Positions 39,907 through 52,575 of a stretch of DNA of 64,000 nucleotides are shown here, piece after piece. The notes under the pieces were generated by a model. It had not been told where the DNA came from, ran no database searches, and saw nothing but the letters and a program-made list of their open reading frames with translations. Source of the stretch: Camelus dromedarius (lineage: Eukaryota); assembly GCF_036321535.1 (NCBI RefSeq), contig NC_087436.1, positions 97,466,001-97,530,000 of the forward strand, written 5' to 3'. Numbering within the stretch: position 1 is the first letter of the stretch; the number at the start of each line of letters is the position of its first letter. Position numbers and translations under genes: made by a program.

Positions 39907-40771
39907 GAATGTTTTTATTTGAATATCTGTGATTATTTATAAAATAAATTGTAAACTGAATGTTTTCAAATTTTTTAAAAAAGTGCTGTTTTTCTCCATC
40001 TTATATTTAGGATGCCTTTAGCACTTTTAGCAGATCATTATTTATTCGCCAATACTGGATTTTAATTGCCCCTTTTACTGTGTTATCCTAATCCATTGCC
40101 TAAGATTCAATTTTTAAGCTTTTCTGAATTATTCTTGATCTTGCAATAATTATATACTCCCTTTGAAGACAAAGCCAAGCAGGTTCACAAGAGAGGAAAT
40201 GTTTCCTTCTCACTCTGTTGAATACGTTAAGTTGGCATCCAAATCTAGTTGTTTCTTGTAAATTAGGAAATACAGACCATTTAATGTGTCTGAGTACCAG
40301 GGATTAGAGTAACCACTCCCCCCCCCCCCCACAACTGGAAGTGAATCAACAGCTTCTTAGGTAGAAGAATGCTCTGATACTATAATAGTTGGTCTATTCT
40401 GTTTCTTGCCATGCATATAAAGATTCAGGAGAAAAAATCCTTTATATAAACTCATTTCCATGGTAAACTGAAACTCTGGTGGAAAATGCTCAGAGTTTCT
40501 AGTGGAATGAATGAATGAAGAATTAAGTAACATCAAATAACACTATCATTGTGTCCATTTACTTAATAACTAACAGAATCTGTGAGATCACAGCATTAAA
40601 CAGACCCTGCATATCAGATATTGACTAAATGGCTATTTGCTTCTGTGATATCCATTTCAAGGCGATTTTATATTATCTAGATAGGTCTGTAATATTAGAA
40701 AAACTAAGAGCAGGTTTGACAGGGCTCCATTATTTATTGTTTGTTTGGTAGTGATAAAGTTAATTTATATA

Positions 40772-41170
40772 TTGGAATCTACAGAACGGAGGATGCCACT
40801 TTGGTCTGACCCACATCACAAATCTAAGTCAGCTTTAATCTAAAGTCAGCTTCAACTTATGGGAAATACTTGTCAAGGAAATCTTAACGTACACCAATCA
40901 CAATCTTCCAGCTCAACTTTAGCTAGCACACCTTACCCTGGTATAAGACCTGTTAGTCCTATAAGAAAATCCCCCACCTCTTAGCCAATCACCTCCTGTT
41001 TCCATGTTGCTTCCTCTAAAGCTCTATAAAACTCATTTTGCCCAAAATCCCTTGTAAAGAGAGCATGACTGCTTGCGACACATTGTACTCCTCCAATCCA
41101 TTGTTTTGTTTTCTCTTGAATAAAGAACATAAAAGTTATCGTTACATCATTTTTGTTTTCTCATTTGGCA
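40772..41170 (+). mobile_element. Old ERV1-class solo LTR
   Basis: Two CCAAT boxes (~40894, ~40985), TATAAAA (~41024), AATAAA (~41119) and a T-rich U5 ending tttggca. The left boundary is uncertain. Confidence 0.65.
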
Positions 41171-43147
41171 ATTTGTAATGGTGGAAGTCTTTGATTAGTG
41201 GTAGGTGAGGATTAGAAATTCTTCCAAAAGCTCATTACCTGATCATAATGAAAGTTCTAAACCAAATTTGACTGCTCAGACATACACTTCTTAGCAAGCA
41301 GACATTAAACAGTAATACAGCTTGTTCTGTGAGCTCAAAGAAATTCGTATTTTAGCTTTTTTAGGTGCTATAAATCCACCTTGCATGAAAAGTTTCTCAT
41401 AAGCAAATGCAGTAATATCCTAATAGAACATTTATCTAATCATCTAAAAGACTAGATTGATTCTAAATCAACCAGGAATCTTCAGAACCAGTGATGGAAC
41501 AAAGCACCTGCAGTTATAGGCATATATGTGTGTAGGTCTGCTGTTTTAAGTATAAGATGAAGAATCTGATAAATTTTACATTTAGTTAGGAAAAATCTCT
41601 AATATTTGTAACCCACCCACTTTAGAATATATATATATATTTCACCAAGGAGAGTCTTATTAAACATCCAGTCTGCTCATAAACAAGCTTCTAATTTTAC
41701 TAATGAAAACCCATTTTTAATGCTTATTTTGCTAATTAATGTTTCTGGCATTGTTCAAGATAAGAAGAGCTGAAGTTGTGGAAGTTGACTCCAGAGTGGC
41801 TTTCTGATTAAATGATAGCGAACTACCCTTGAAGTGCGATTGACTGATAAGGAACTGACTGTCCCTGGAGCACAGATTAACCGACCCAACATCTACATAC
41901 AATATCACAGCTTCCATATAGAAAGTATTTTAAAATAATTTACAAACATGGTAACATTAATTTTCTCTGAATAGAATTGGAATGTGCCATTATTTTTTCA
42001 TTCCAACCAACCACAATGTGTGGTACGGAGCAGGTGTTGAAGAGGGACAGATTAAATCGAATTTTGTGTGGGCAAGAGTAAATGATAAAACTGAGGAATT
42101 AGCTATGAATGACTTATCCTATTAATTTTGCCACTGGTGTAAGTGAGATTTACTCAATCTCCTTGAAAATACCCTGCCTTAGATTAATCTGTTATCATTA
42201 ACACAATTTTTTAATCAAATGACATGTAGATTTTTTAATACTTTGAAGTTTGTCCTAAATATTCAAAAATATTTATCATAGGATCTTTACTGCATTACAA
42301 CTGTGTATGAGATGTACTTAATGATGTGACATTGGGAGCATTAAGATAAAATTAAGGCAATCATATTCTTAAATCCAAAACAGAAATTGCTATTTATAGG
42401 AAATTATGATAGCTTTTCCTAATTCTACTGTATTTTTGTATTTTCTTCCCATGTATTCTGTATGTAACCATCTCTAGTTTTAATATCAGACATTTTATTT
42501 GTGATTCATTTTACTTTTTAGGTGATCGTATTTCATATTTTTAAATATACTGTTATACTTACGGTAGGTCAAGGACAACATTGCCTCCTCTGAATTTATT
42601 TTCTTTTGCAAAGTTTTCTTTTTAATTTCATAGACAGAAACTGCCAGATAATTTACACAGGCATTTTTTAAACTTAGTTTGTAATATACATTTAAATTTA
42701 AAAACAATAATATAATTTAGATTATAAGATTTTTACAAGAGTAGATACTGTTTTTCAAAGAGTTATATAACATGATTTGTACATGGAAAAAACATTTTGG
42801 AAAAAATACTCCAGTCTAACTTTTAATTTGAGATTACTATGATAGCATCTTTATTCTATGAAAAATTGAATATGTGAAAATGTTCTAGATTTCTCAAAAG
42901 TAGGAGTATGTATTCTGTATATAAATAAGTGCATATGAATAATTATAACCAAGAATTAAATAATTTTCTTAATAGTTAATTGTGAAGAAAACTGTACAGA
43001 GCTGTCTGACAATAAAACAAATACCAATTTCAAATGATGACTTTATATTTGAATCTTAATTTTAAACTTGTTAACTACTAACAAACAAGGCTCTAATAGC
43101 GTGGTGTGGTAAAGATAGTTATCTTTCTGTTTGAAAAGATGTATTAT

Positions 43148-43743
43148 TGTCAAACCTGAGTTCATGTACCTGACACACAGTGAGGACAAGCAAACTGAAA
43201 CATCAGAGTTTGGAGCAGAGAAAGGTTTACTGCAAGGGCCAAGCAAGGAGAATGGGTGGCTCATGGTCAAAAAGCCTGAATTCCCCAGTGGGTTTCAGGG
43301 AAGCATTTTTATAGGCAAAATTTGGAGGGGGCAGAGGTTGTGGGGTGTGTAAGCTACTCTGATTGGTTAGTGGTAGGTAACAGGGTGGTGTTCCAGGAAT
43401 CTTAGTCATCAGCCTTCTGAGTCCAACCACTCTGGGGTCCATGTGCTTGAGCTCAGTCTGAAGTTCCCAACCTCTGCTAGGGTGGGGGCCTTTGTTCCTG
43501 TAGAAGAACTCATAGATATGTATCAGATTGTTATGTGTATCCCTTTAGGAGGAACCAGGACCCTGCCCCATCTCTGCACTATTGTTTCTTGACTGCCTTT
43601 GTTTCTGTATTCTCTTACTTCCCTTGAATCTGCCCTCAGGGCAGGTCCAGGAGGCTGAAAGTCTTTTTCTTTCAAATAAGAAATGGGGGGCACTGAAAGG
43701 CTTTTTCACTTGGGAGGGATCCACAGAGTCCTACTCTGTTTCA
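43148..43743 (-). mobile_element. ERV1-class solo LTR, apparently full length (~596 bp)
   Basis: The minus strand starts TGAAAC and ends TGACA, with CCAAT, TATAAAA and an AGTAAA poly(A)-signal variant in the expected order. Flanks ttat/atat are a possible 4-bp TSD with 1 mismatch. Confidence 0.88.
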
Positions 43744-44149
43744 ATATTAGTTGACTGAGCCATTTATTCACTCAGTTATTCTTTATTCAAGATTTACTTG
43801 CTATGTTTTAGATAAAATACTGTAAGCAACTAGTGACAGAAGAATAGATAAAACCTGTGCCTTCTTCCCAAAGTGCTTCTGAGATAGATGTCAGATGCAA
43901 ATTATAAAGAACTGGAAGGGTTTAGATGTTGTGTTATTCAATTAAACTATATTTTCCTTTATTGCATGTATGGTCAGTTTCAATTAATTGCCACTGTTTG
44001 AGAATTTAATCTGACTTCTTTTGGTCCAACATGATACTTCCAGAAATATATTGACTGTTCTCTTCAAACATCTGATTTGATACTAAAGGAGTTATAGTTT
44101 GCATTCTTGCTCTTTAAAATTTTTAATTTAGTAAAGAACTCACAAATCT

Positions 44150-44545
44150 ATGTAGCTAGATTCATTGCAGCCACATTTAATATAGCAAACACTTTGAAAA
44201 TTATCAACAACAACACAAATGCTCATGGAAAGGAGAATAGATTAAATAATGATGCAATCTCACAATAACTATTACTATATAACTGTTAAAATGACTGTAT
44301 CAAAATGACATGCAATAACATGGATGACTGTTAGGGATAAAATATTAAGCAAAAAAGAAATGATCATTAAGAATAGGACATTTTAATGAAATTGAAACAT
44401 TTAAGATATGTATATGTGTATATATATTTAATAGTCTCCATATAGGTATTCTATACTATACACATTTTTTAGTAATGCATATAAATGTAATTTGAGATTG
44501 ATGATGCAGTGATGAATGTGGAACTCAGGATGAATTATTTTTTAT
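44150..44545 (+). mobile_element. Ancient L1 (L1ME-like) ORF2 end/3'UTR
   Basis: gattcattgcagccacatttaatatagcaaac...catgcaataacatggatgact. Confidence 0.7.
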
Positions 44546-44547
44546 TA

Positions 44548-45138
44548 ATTTAGGAAGGGGCATGAGGTTTGGTCAATAAGAGAAGGGGCAACTTAAGAAC
44601 CATTCAAAACAATTGGTGATTTGGCAAACATCTGTGCCGTAGAGGGTAGTGCTAGTGTCGCTTTTAATTTCCTTGATAGGTTTGAAGATGCCTCTGTGGA
44701 ATCAAACCATAGGGTTTGATAGCAGGTTTACCTGGTATGTCACCCAGGAAAGGCCCAGTGGGTTTAATATAAAGGGGAACATTTTCCCCTATCATCTATC
44801 TGCTCAGAGGACAGCCCTTGCACTTCTGTAGAAATTTTGTTGATCCAAATAACTCACCAGAAGAAAAAAGAGTCAGAGTGATGTTTCTTCAATCATGGAT
44901 ACCATGCCGGTTGTTTCTCTCTCTTCTGTACTTACCCCGGCAGGTGTTCAGATTGGCAGGACTGAACTAGCTCAGGTTCTTTTGCACTATCCATAAGTTG
45001 GCATAACCAACAGCCAGACTGATTAGTTAACATGGCCAAGGTTTGGCAAACTGGCACAAAGGGGTGTTTGGTTTGTGCCTGACCTATTGAAAAAGTAAAG
45101 GTTACTAAGGGCAAGACACAGATTGAAAGAGAGTCCAT
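44548..45138 (-). pseudogene. Truncated env pseudogene (signal peptide plus SU N-terminus), HEMO/ERVMER34-1-like
   Basis: MDSLSICVLPLVTFTFSIGQAQTKHPFVPVCQTLAMLTNQSGCWLCQLMDSAKEPELV, then across frameshifts WYP, STEVQGLSSEQ, TGPFLGDIP, CYQTLWFDSTE and DVCQITNCFEWFLSC. The SU CWLC motif is present. Confidence 0.88.
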
Positions 45139-45329
45139 AGTCATAACTCAGAAGTGGGGTAGGACTGATTGAAACAAGCAAACTCCAGTGAACTTTCTAA
45201 TAAGTAATCAATAAATTTAGAAGAAAGTAAGTGTTTAATAAGAAAAGGATTTTTGTTTGTTTTTGGGTGTGTGTGTGTGTGTGTAGGGATTCTTAAAAAG
45301 AGGGGTTGGAACAGATGAAAGCAAAGTTT

Positions 45330-48300
45330 CTTGATCCGTGCTCTTGGGAAAAGTTGCTTACTGCGTGAAGCTATCTGCTTCTGTAGTGTGAACACTGGCT
45401 CTGGAAATCCTTATTTTAAGGTCATTTGTCCGGATTTTTTTCCATGTCTACATTTCTACATTCCACTTGTCCTGATGATTGAGGATGATATGGGATATGG
45501 AATTTTACTAAGTACCCTCAAATTATTCTGCTGTAAAATGAGTTCCTTGGTAATATTCCCTGGTGAGATATATGCAGTTATTAACTTTTTTTCACCCCTG
45601 TTGTGACATCAGCATGTATAGTTGGATATCATTCAGTCCATCCACTAAATATGCAGACAATACCCACACAGTGAGAATAGTCTAAAGCTGAAGCAAAGTC
45701 TACAAAATCTATTTGGAGTTCTGCAAAGTGCAGTGTGGGCCTTGCAGGACTTCATGGGGTATATTGATTTCTCAGAAATTTGGTGAGATTTACAAGTGAT
45801 GTACTGGGAAATAATTTGTTCAGAAATTTTGTGGATGCTAGAGCAGAACCAATTGTCTTTTAGTTCCTTAATTATCCCCCATGTTGCACTGAATAGGAGA
45901 TAAGTGCTAGCCAAAAGGTCAAAAAAAAAAAAGAAAAAGAAAAAAAAAAAAGAAAAAGAGGGCTACTGTAATAGCCCTCCATTTGGACCAATGTGTAATC
46001 CATCTGATAACTGTTTGGCACCTTTTAGTATCAATTTGTCTTTTTCAGATTGTGGTGCATTTGCCTAATAGTTAATAACTATCAGTCAGGGATAAAGGCA
46101 GGTTTAAAAATTGGGTGGAGAAAAGATAGAGGGTCCATTTGGGGCTTCATATTCAGCAGCCCTGTTAACCCTATCATTTCTTAAAGATGTAGCATTTCCT
46201 TACTATAGGCTAAGCAGTGAAGAGTGACAATATTAGAAGGGAGGTGATTAGCTTGTAATACAGCAGCAATGATGTGCCCTTTAGCAAGAGGAGTGCCAGC
46301 AGAGGTGAAGAATGTACACAATTTTTAAATCGTGCCAACAGTAAGGCAGACTCCAAAAGCACATCTACAGTCAGTGTAAATAGTAACAATCTTCCCCTTT
46401 GTTTATGTATAAGATGTAGTAAGAGCTATGAGTTCAATGGCTTGGGCTGATTTTACAGAGGATAGAGTATATTTCAAGGCTTTCATGTGGGGAAACTATG
46501 GCATAAGACAGTATTAAGTTTCCCTGAAAATTCTGTTTAAAGGAATCATCACAAAATAGAAGTAAGTCTTGGTTGTCTAAGGGGGTACCTAGGAGGTTCT
46601 TTTGTGGCTTTGTGACCATTTCTCTAGTTGCAAGGTAATCACGTGGAACAGAGTGGGGCTCTCCATCATCAGGAAGGGGGGGTAAAGTAGCTGGGTTTGA
46701 AGTGTTATTGTGATGTAAGATGATGGAAGGGTTAGTCAAAAGGGGTGCACCTTCCCACAAATAAAAAAGCACTGAAATCATTAACTTGAAATGTTTGTTC
46801 TTTGTGATTACCAGTGATCTTTCTATGTTGGACTACATTTATTTTTTCCCAGCTGGAAGAAAAATCATCTATATCCCGGCTCCTTCCTTACCTCTCTGGA
46901 TCAGGTCCTCAGAGCTATCTGAGAGGCTGTCTCCCAGTCTATAGTCCTCAGTAGTTTTCTCCCAAAAAACTGAACTCACAGCTTTTCCATTGTGCTTTTT
47001 TCTTTCAGTCGACATGTTCATAGGTGATCTGTCACCATGTAGATGGGTCCTGTGTCTTATGAACTAGTAAGAGGGCAGACATAGCACAGGGAACATAAAG
47101 GTGAATGGGGGAGCCTAATGTAAGAGCACTGGCTTTGTCAATTTAGGTGGCAGCTGTGGCTACTGCACACAAGCTTGAGGGCACACCTGATGCCACAGGG
47201 TCTAACTGGCATGAGAAATATGCTATAGGACGTGTCCGAGAGGCAAAAGCTTGTCCTAGAACACCTGCAGCAATCCCATTATATGTGCGGCAGCATAGAT
47301 GAAAAGGTTTGTCAAAATTGGGAGAGCTGAGAGCTGGGGGTGTGGGCCATGTTAATTTTAAAGCTTCAAAGGAGATTAATGCCTTTGAAGGTCAGGAAAT
47401 GGACTCCGAAGTGTTATCTGGGAGGATGACTTACAGAGGTTTAGCAAGGGCAGCAAAATTAGTCATCCATTGGCAGCAACAGCTAGCTGCCTGGAGAAAT
47501 TTATGTAACTGTTTTTCCATTTCAGAGAGAGGAATGCACAGAATTGACTCAAAGCACTTTGGGGTGAGCTTTCAAATGCCCTGAGATATCTCCTGTTCTA
47601 GGTTTATAACAGTTCTTTGTACCCATTCAAGTTTGGATTGGGAGACTTTATGGCTTTGTTCAGCCAGCGCCTTCAGCTATATTGGCACCCAGCTTAGTTC
47701 AGTTACAGAGTAAAACGTCATTAACATACGAACTAGAGTGGAGCCTTGGGGAAAAACTGCAGAATGTAAGTCAGTTTTAAGGACTTGGGAAAATATTGAG
47801 AGAGACTCATAACATCCCTCAGGTAGGCACATCCATGTTAACTGTCTCCCTCTATGTGTAAATGCAAAGAGAAATTGAGAGTCAAGATGCAATGGGATTG
47901 AAAAGAAAGCTGAGAAGACGTCAGTTACTGTAAAGCAGGCTGCATCAGCAGGGATAGAGGTAAGTGCAGTGACTGGATTAGAGACTATGGGATGGTGAGG
48001 AGTTACAGTGGAATTTATGGCTCGTTGGTCTTGTACAAACCAATAGATTGTGTACCCATCTGAGTCAAATTTACCTTCTTTGTTCATTGGCAGGAATGGA
48101 GTGTTACAGGTGAGGAAGTAAAGACATGTACACCCAGCTGTGGGTTCACTCCCTTGCTCTGTATCTCTGGTGAGTGGGTATTGAGTTACTGATGGAAACA
48201 GTTTTTGTTTTTGTTTTTGTTTTTGTTTTCCAAGTAATACACATGGGCCCTGTACTTAGTTACAATTCAACTTCATTTTTATGTGTGGCCCAGAGACCAA

Positions 48301-48330
48301 CTTGGATATCTTTAAAGATCCATCCTCTTC
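45330..48330 (-). pseudogene. Retroviral pol pseudogene (RT-RNase H-integrase)
   Basis: RT: QYPL, FVQDQRAIN, TVTDVFSAFFSIPL, FAFT, LTWMCLPEG and a frameshifted YVND (47717-47728) in place of YVDD. Connection: LTLGSP, NPATL. RNase H: LLLFCDDS, IYTD. Integrase: LQIDF, HPQSSGQVE. Confidence 0.93.
46750..47014 (+). mobile_element. 3' half of an ERV1 LTR (MER34A/MER39-like), antisense within pol
   Basis: cctcagagctatctgagaggctgtctccc...aactcacagcttttccattgtgcttttttctttcagtcgaca is a typical LTR R/U5 end. Pol reads TYE on one side and APLLTNPSI on the other. Confidence 0.8.
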
Positions 48331-48389
48331 AGAACAATTTAAATCAAGAAGAGTTTCTAGTAAGAAAAGGAGGAAGTGTAGGGTCTGAT

Positions 48390-48740
48390 CAGAAGGCAGA
48401 CAAAATCCAGGCTTTAGTTGACTGAAGTCACCAAGGTCAGAAAACGTCAACATCAACATTCCTGAGATTCCAGTTGATCTTGTGCTTCAGGCTAAGCTTT
48501 ATTGTTATTGAAACAGAGCCAGGAGCCTTTACAACTGATGTATTGTCTTTGCTATTGTTACTTGTATAATAACAGTCTTAGTTTTTGCATTCTTTTGTTC
48601 CCTTCAAATCATTAATTACTGAGACCTGTTCAAGAGCAAACATGGTGGCCAGACTTAGATCACAAAATGGCTTCTCTTATGTCAAGAAAGTCATGCCTGG
48701 TTCTCTTTCTCCAAGGACCCCCTACCCTGTCTGCCTATCA
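48390..48740 (-). mobile_element. 5' (U3) half of another ERV1 LTR, joined directly to the ERV internal sequence just upstream of RT
   Basis: The minus strand starts TGATAGGCAGACAGGGTAGGGGGTCC...agaagccattttgtgatctaag and resembles artiodactyl ERV1 LTRs. No R/U5 or primer-binding site follows. Confidence 0.75.
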
Positions 48741-51294
48741 GGAGAACACCACTCTTCTCATGCACATATTCAAGTCCTCTTCTTCAGTTCCTCAGTAGCA
48801 CTGCTCTGACTCACTAGGTCATAGCCATGTTTTGAGTATCTTCCCTACATCATGCAGGCATTTCTCTTTTGGGGGAGTAATTTTATGTGTTCTCTGCCGC
48901 CACTGGTCTTTGGTAGTCCCCTCTCTTCCATGATGCCTCTACTTGGCCTGACCCTGCTTAGGTATTGGGTCTGGAGACAGCTCTGCAACATTTGGATGTT
49001 TATTTATTGACTTACATATACACTTATGTTTGTACTATTCTCAGTCTCCAAGTTATTTTTGAGAATAGTTGTATTTGCTCTCTGATTTCCATCTGTGTCA
49101 TTTCAGAGCAATGTGTGAAGAGGTTCAAATTTACGTAGCTGCCATTATTTTTAGGAGCTCTGAAGCCCAGTATGGTTTTTAAACACGAGTCTTTATTGAC
49201 TGAGCCCTCATCGAGAGGCTCTTACGCTCTCCTGTATATTTTGCAGCTCTTGGCTGTGCTTGTGTTATAGGCAGGCTGTCTCTCTCTTTAAGCATTTTAT
49301 GGTTGCTTCCTCTCTGTAGCATTGGAACATCTCCCATTTACTGTTTTACTGGGAAGGAGATTTTAAACCCTTTTTATTGGAGCACAAAACATGACAAGCT
49401 ACCTGCACAATGTCAATTCACATCTGTACACACCATCAAACAATGTAGTAAAAGCTCCCTTTCCCCAAACTGCTTGTGTGAATAAGAATGAGGGACTCCA
49501 TCTTTTTGGATGACTCTGCTCAGAGTACTTAGCTTTGCACATGAAGCTGGGAAGGGCTTCAGCCTATTTTTATCCTCTCAGCTTTGGCAGGGCTCGGCTT
49601 TCTGCAAAACCTTGCATATCCGTTCCCTGTCTTCACTCCCCATGGAACCGTAATAGCTTGAATCATCTTTTGAAATGCAAATACCATTTAGGAGGGCTAA
49701 AGATAAAAATAATTAACTTTTTAATATACCTTTATTTGATAATAAACCTATCACTTGCATAAGCAGTTGGCAAGGAAAAACAGGACAAGTAAAGTTTAAA
49801 GATAAAAAGTACAGCAGAAAAGCTGAGCTTATTAATCACGCTGAGGATGGGCAAAGTCAGATTAGATATCTGAATGACGGGCTCTGAGATTTGCTTCTAA
49901 TGGATGGGATATGATAGAAACACATATCTGAGAGGAAACTCTATCTTTCTAGAAGCTTTGGGCTGATGCAAAACATCTTGACTTTGTGAAAGAAGTTACA
50001 TTTTGTACTGTCTGGGTGCTTGTAAGTGTTGAGCAGAAGAGAGAGTAGGTTCTCACCATTGCAAATTGACAGAATGATTTAATGTTGGGTGACTATTCCA
50101 GTAGTAATTTTCAGAACTGGTGGAAGGAAGTGCTCTGGGAAAATGTGGCTAAGGGCTGACTCACTCTGAAAGCGCTCTTTTAGTAAGTGACACTAATTGC
50201 AAAATCATGGCCATGTACTTGGCCATCAGACTTATGCTGGCAGATCAATGTCTTATTATTTTTTAATTTACCACCTTATAAATCCAGTTGGCCTGCCAGA
50301 ACTCCTTGAATTCTTTTGGAAATGAGCCTGGTCACTGTTAACTGGTTTCTGCTTGCTATATGCCATATGTGGGTTCTTAATTTAAACTTTTATTAGGGCA
50401 GTATCAACTACCCTTCCTAAAATCTTAAAGATCTATTAAGATTTCTTCCAGATCTTGGTTTCTAGGGATTCCTAACTGAGCTATGAAAATATGATTTCGC
50501 TTGACACTTGGGATTTCACATTTCCAGGGTCAAACTAGCTCTTTTTTCAATTTCTTTCAATTTCTATCCTTTTCAGATATTTAAAGAATACAGCTTTGCT
50601 CAATATAGTTATATATGGGGAAACCATTTTTGTTATTAATGCTAATGATGAAAATTGAAATGTCTTTGACAAGGTTTATGTTACTAGTGTTACATTTCAT
50701 TTTCTTTATTCTTAGCACAAACAAACCATCTCTCTTAATACATGCTTGCTTGTGATGTTTGATTTGGGGACAAAGTAGTCCCAGGAGAAATCTAGGGGCT
50801 ACTTCTGGGAAAGCCAGATTTACGGAGCTGAGTCCAAAAAAGAGTAGGGCTAAGTGTCTTGATTTTGCCTCTTGATGACAGCTCATTCTTTTCAGATTTA
50901 TTAATATTCACGGAATTTCAATAAATATTTTTTTATGGCTCCTAAGTCTTTCAGTGTCACTTTTCTGAACATTGTATTTGCAACTTGTCCTTGTGCCCTT
51001 GCAAGTTACTTTTCTGTGAAAATGAAAAAAAAAGAGCCATTAGCGCAGTTGATAAATATATGTAAAGTGCTCCCTATTACTAATGATTTTCAAAAGGCCT
51101 TTGACTCATGTGCGAGGTGCAACGGAAAGAGCACAGCCCTTCCAATGGAGCAGAAATAGATTCCATAAAATCTATAGTCACAGAGTCCCTTTCCAAAGTA
51201 TGTGGTAGAACTTCCAATGCTTCCTCTTTGTCTCAAGCGTTTTTAATTTCTCTGTTTAGAGGAATCTTTATTGTTATTATTATTACTATCATGT

Positions 51295-51597
51295 TAACAA
51301 TGATAAAGCTCATATCTTCTGAGTGCCTATTATGTTGTAGACATTATAAGCATTTTAGTGGCATTGTCTCCTATAATAACCGGTATCATTGAATCTGTTC
51401 ATAATGACATTATGATATTATGTCAATGACTTTATTAATTACTCTATGCCTTCATTTATTAATTACTCTATGCCTTCATTTCCTCACTTGAAATATAAAA
51501 ACAATCTTTTATGGTTGTTTTACAGGCTTAAGAAAGCAACAAAATAAGATATCTAGCATAATGTCTGACATATTGTAATCTTTCATAAATATTAGTT
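51295..51597. mobile_element. Two MIR fragments (minus ~51295-51385, plus ~51430-51597)
   Basis: ttctgagtgcctattatgttgtagacattataagcatttta; ctctatgccttcatttcctcacttgaaatataaaaacaat...cataaatattagtt. Confidence 0.7.
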
Positions 51598-52109
51598 TCC
51601 CTCTTTTGTTTTACCAACAGAAGAGAATGGATGCTCTATTTTTTTTCTAGCATTGCATTTTATTTGAGAAAAATGACTATGCAGTTTAAAATTTGCTTTT
51701 TTTACTCATCATCTTAATTTGTTTCTTATTAAAACACTTTTATTCATGGCACTTAACCTAATGGGAAAACAGAGGCTCAGAAAATTCAGTAAGGGCTCTC
51801 AGACTGACACTAGACTCGTAAGATTCTTAGTCTGTACCTACTCCATTCTTCATGAAGCCTCATATCTTTAGCAGTATTATATTGAAGTAGGAAGCACAAG
51901 AAATTTCAGAACCACATAAGTCAAAACTAATCAGAGTATACTCTTGCAACATCTCAAGTTCTTAGCAAAGAAAATAAATTTAGCAGTTTGTTTGTATTTC
52001 ATGTGGAAATGACAATGAGGTTGAGGCTCTTTATCTGGTATCATGAAGTTGAATGGAAATAACACAGAGGGGCATGGGAAGGGTGGCAGAGAGTGAGTCA
52101 GACAGAAGC

Positions 52110-52575
52110 ATGAAAATGGGTATCTTTGCCTTTCTCCCAATTTTATAGGGAAACTTTTAAATACTTCATCCTTATGTGTGATGTGAGCTGTGGGCTTTTC
52201 AGATGCCTTTAGCAGATTGAGAAAGTCCATTTCCAGCCCTAGTTTGCTGAGATTTTGCTGTTTTCTCACAAATGAAGGTTGAATATGTCAAATTTTTTTT
52301 CTGCACCTATTGACACGCTCATATACTATTTTTCTACTTTTTTCTGCTAATTTAATGAGTTACATTACTTGACTTTAAAGTAGTAAACCAACCTTGCCAT
52401 CCTGGAATAAAACCCACATGATCATGGTTGTTTTTTTTTAATATATTACTAGAATCTATTTGTTAATACCTGAAGAATGTTTTGCATCTATGTCCATGTG
52501 GTCACTGGGTTATAATTGTCTTTGCCTATAATATATTTGACTGGTTTTATTATCAGAATAATTCTGGCCACTGCA
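52110..52575 (-). mobile_element. Old L1M ORF2 (RT region) fragment
   Basis: ORF 51931..52269(-) reads LSKLGLEMDFLNLLKASEKPTAHITHKDEVFKSFPIKLGERQRYP. Confidence 0.88.

Larger units (their letters stand above)
44548..48390 (-). mobile_element. Decayed class I ERV internal region, MER34-int-like (pol plus 5' env); gag, protease, env TM and cognate flanking LTRs not seen
   Basis: RT, connection, RNase H, integrase and env SU motifs are collinear on the minus strand (see the pol and env features). Confidence 0.92.

Noticed and set aside
43148..43743. Solo LTR as the 3' LTR of the adjacent provirus
   Set aside because: It is separated from env by unique sequence and an L1ME remnant, has its own probable TSD, and has no env TM or polypurine tract leading into it.
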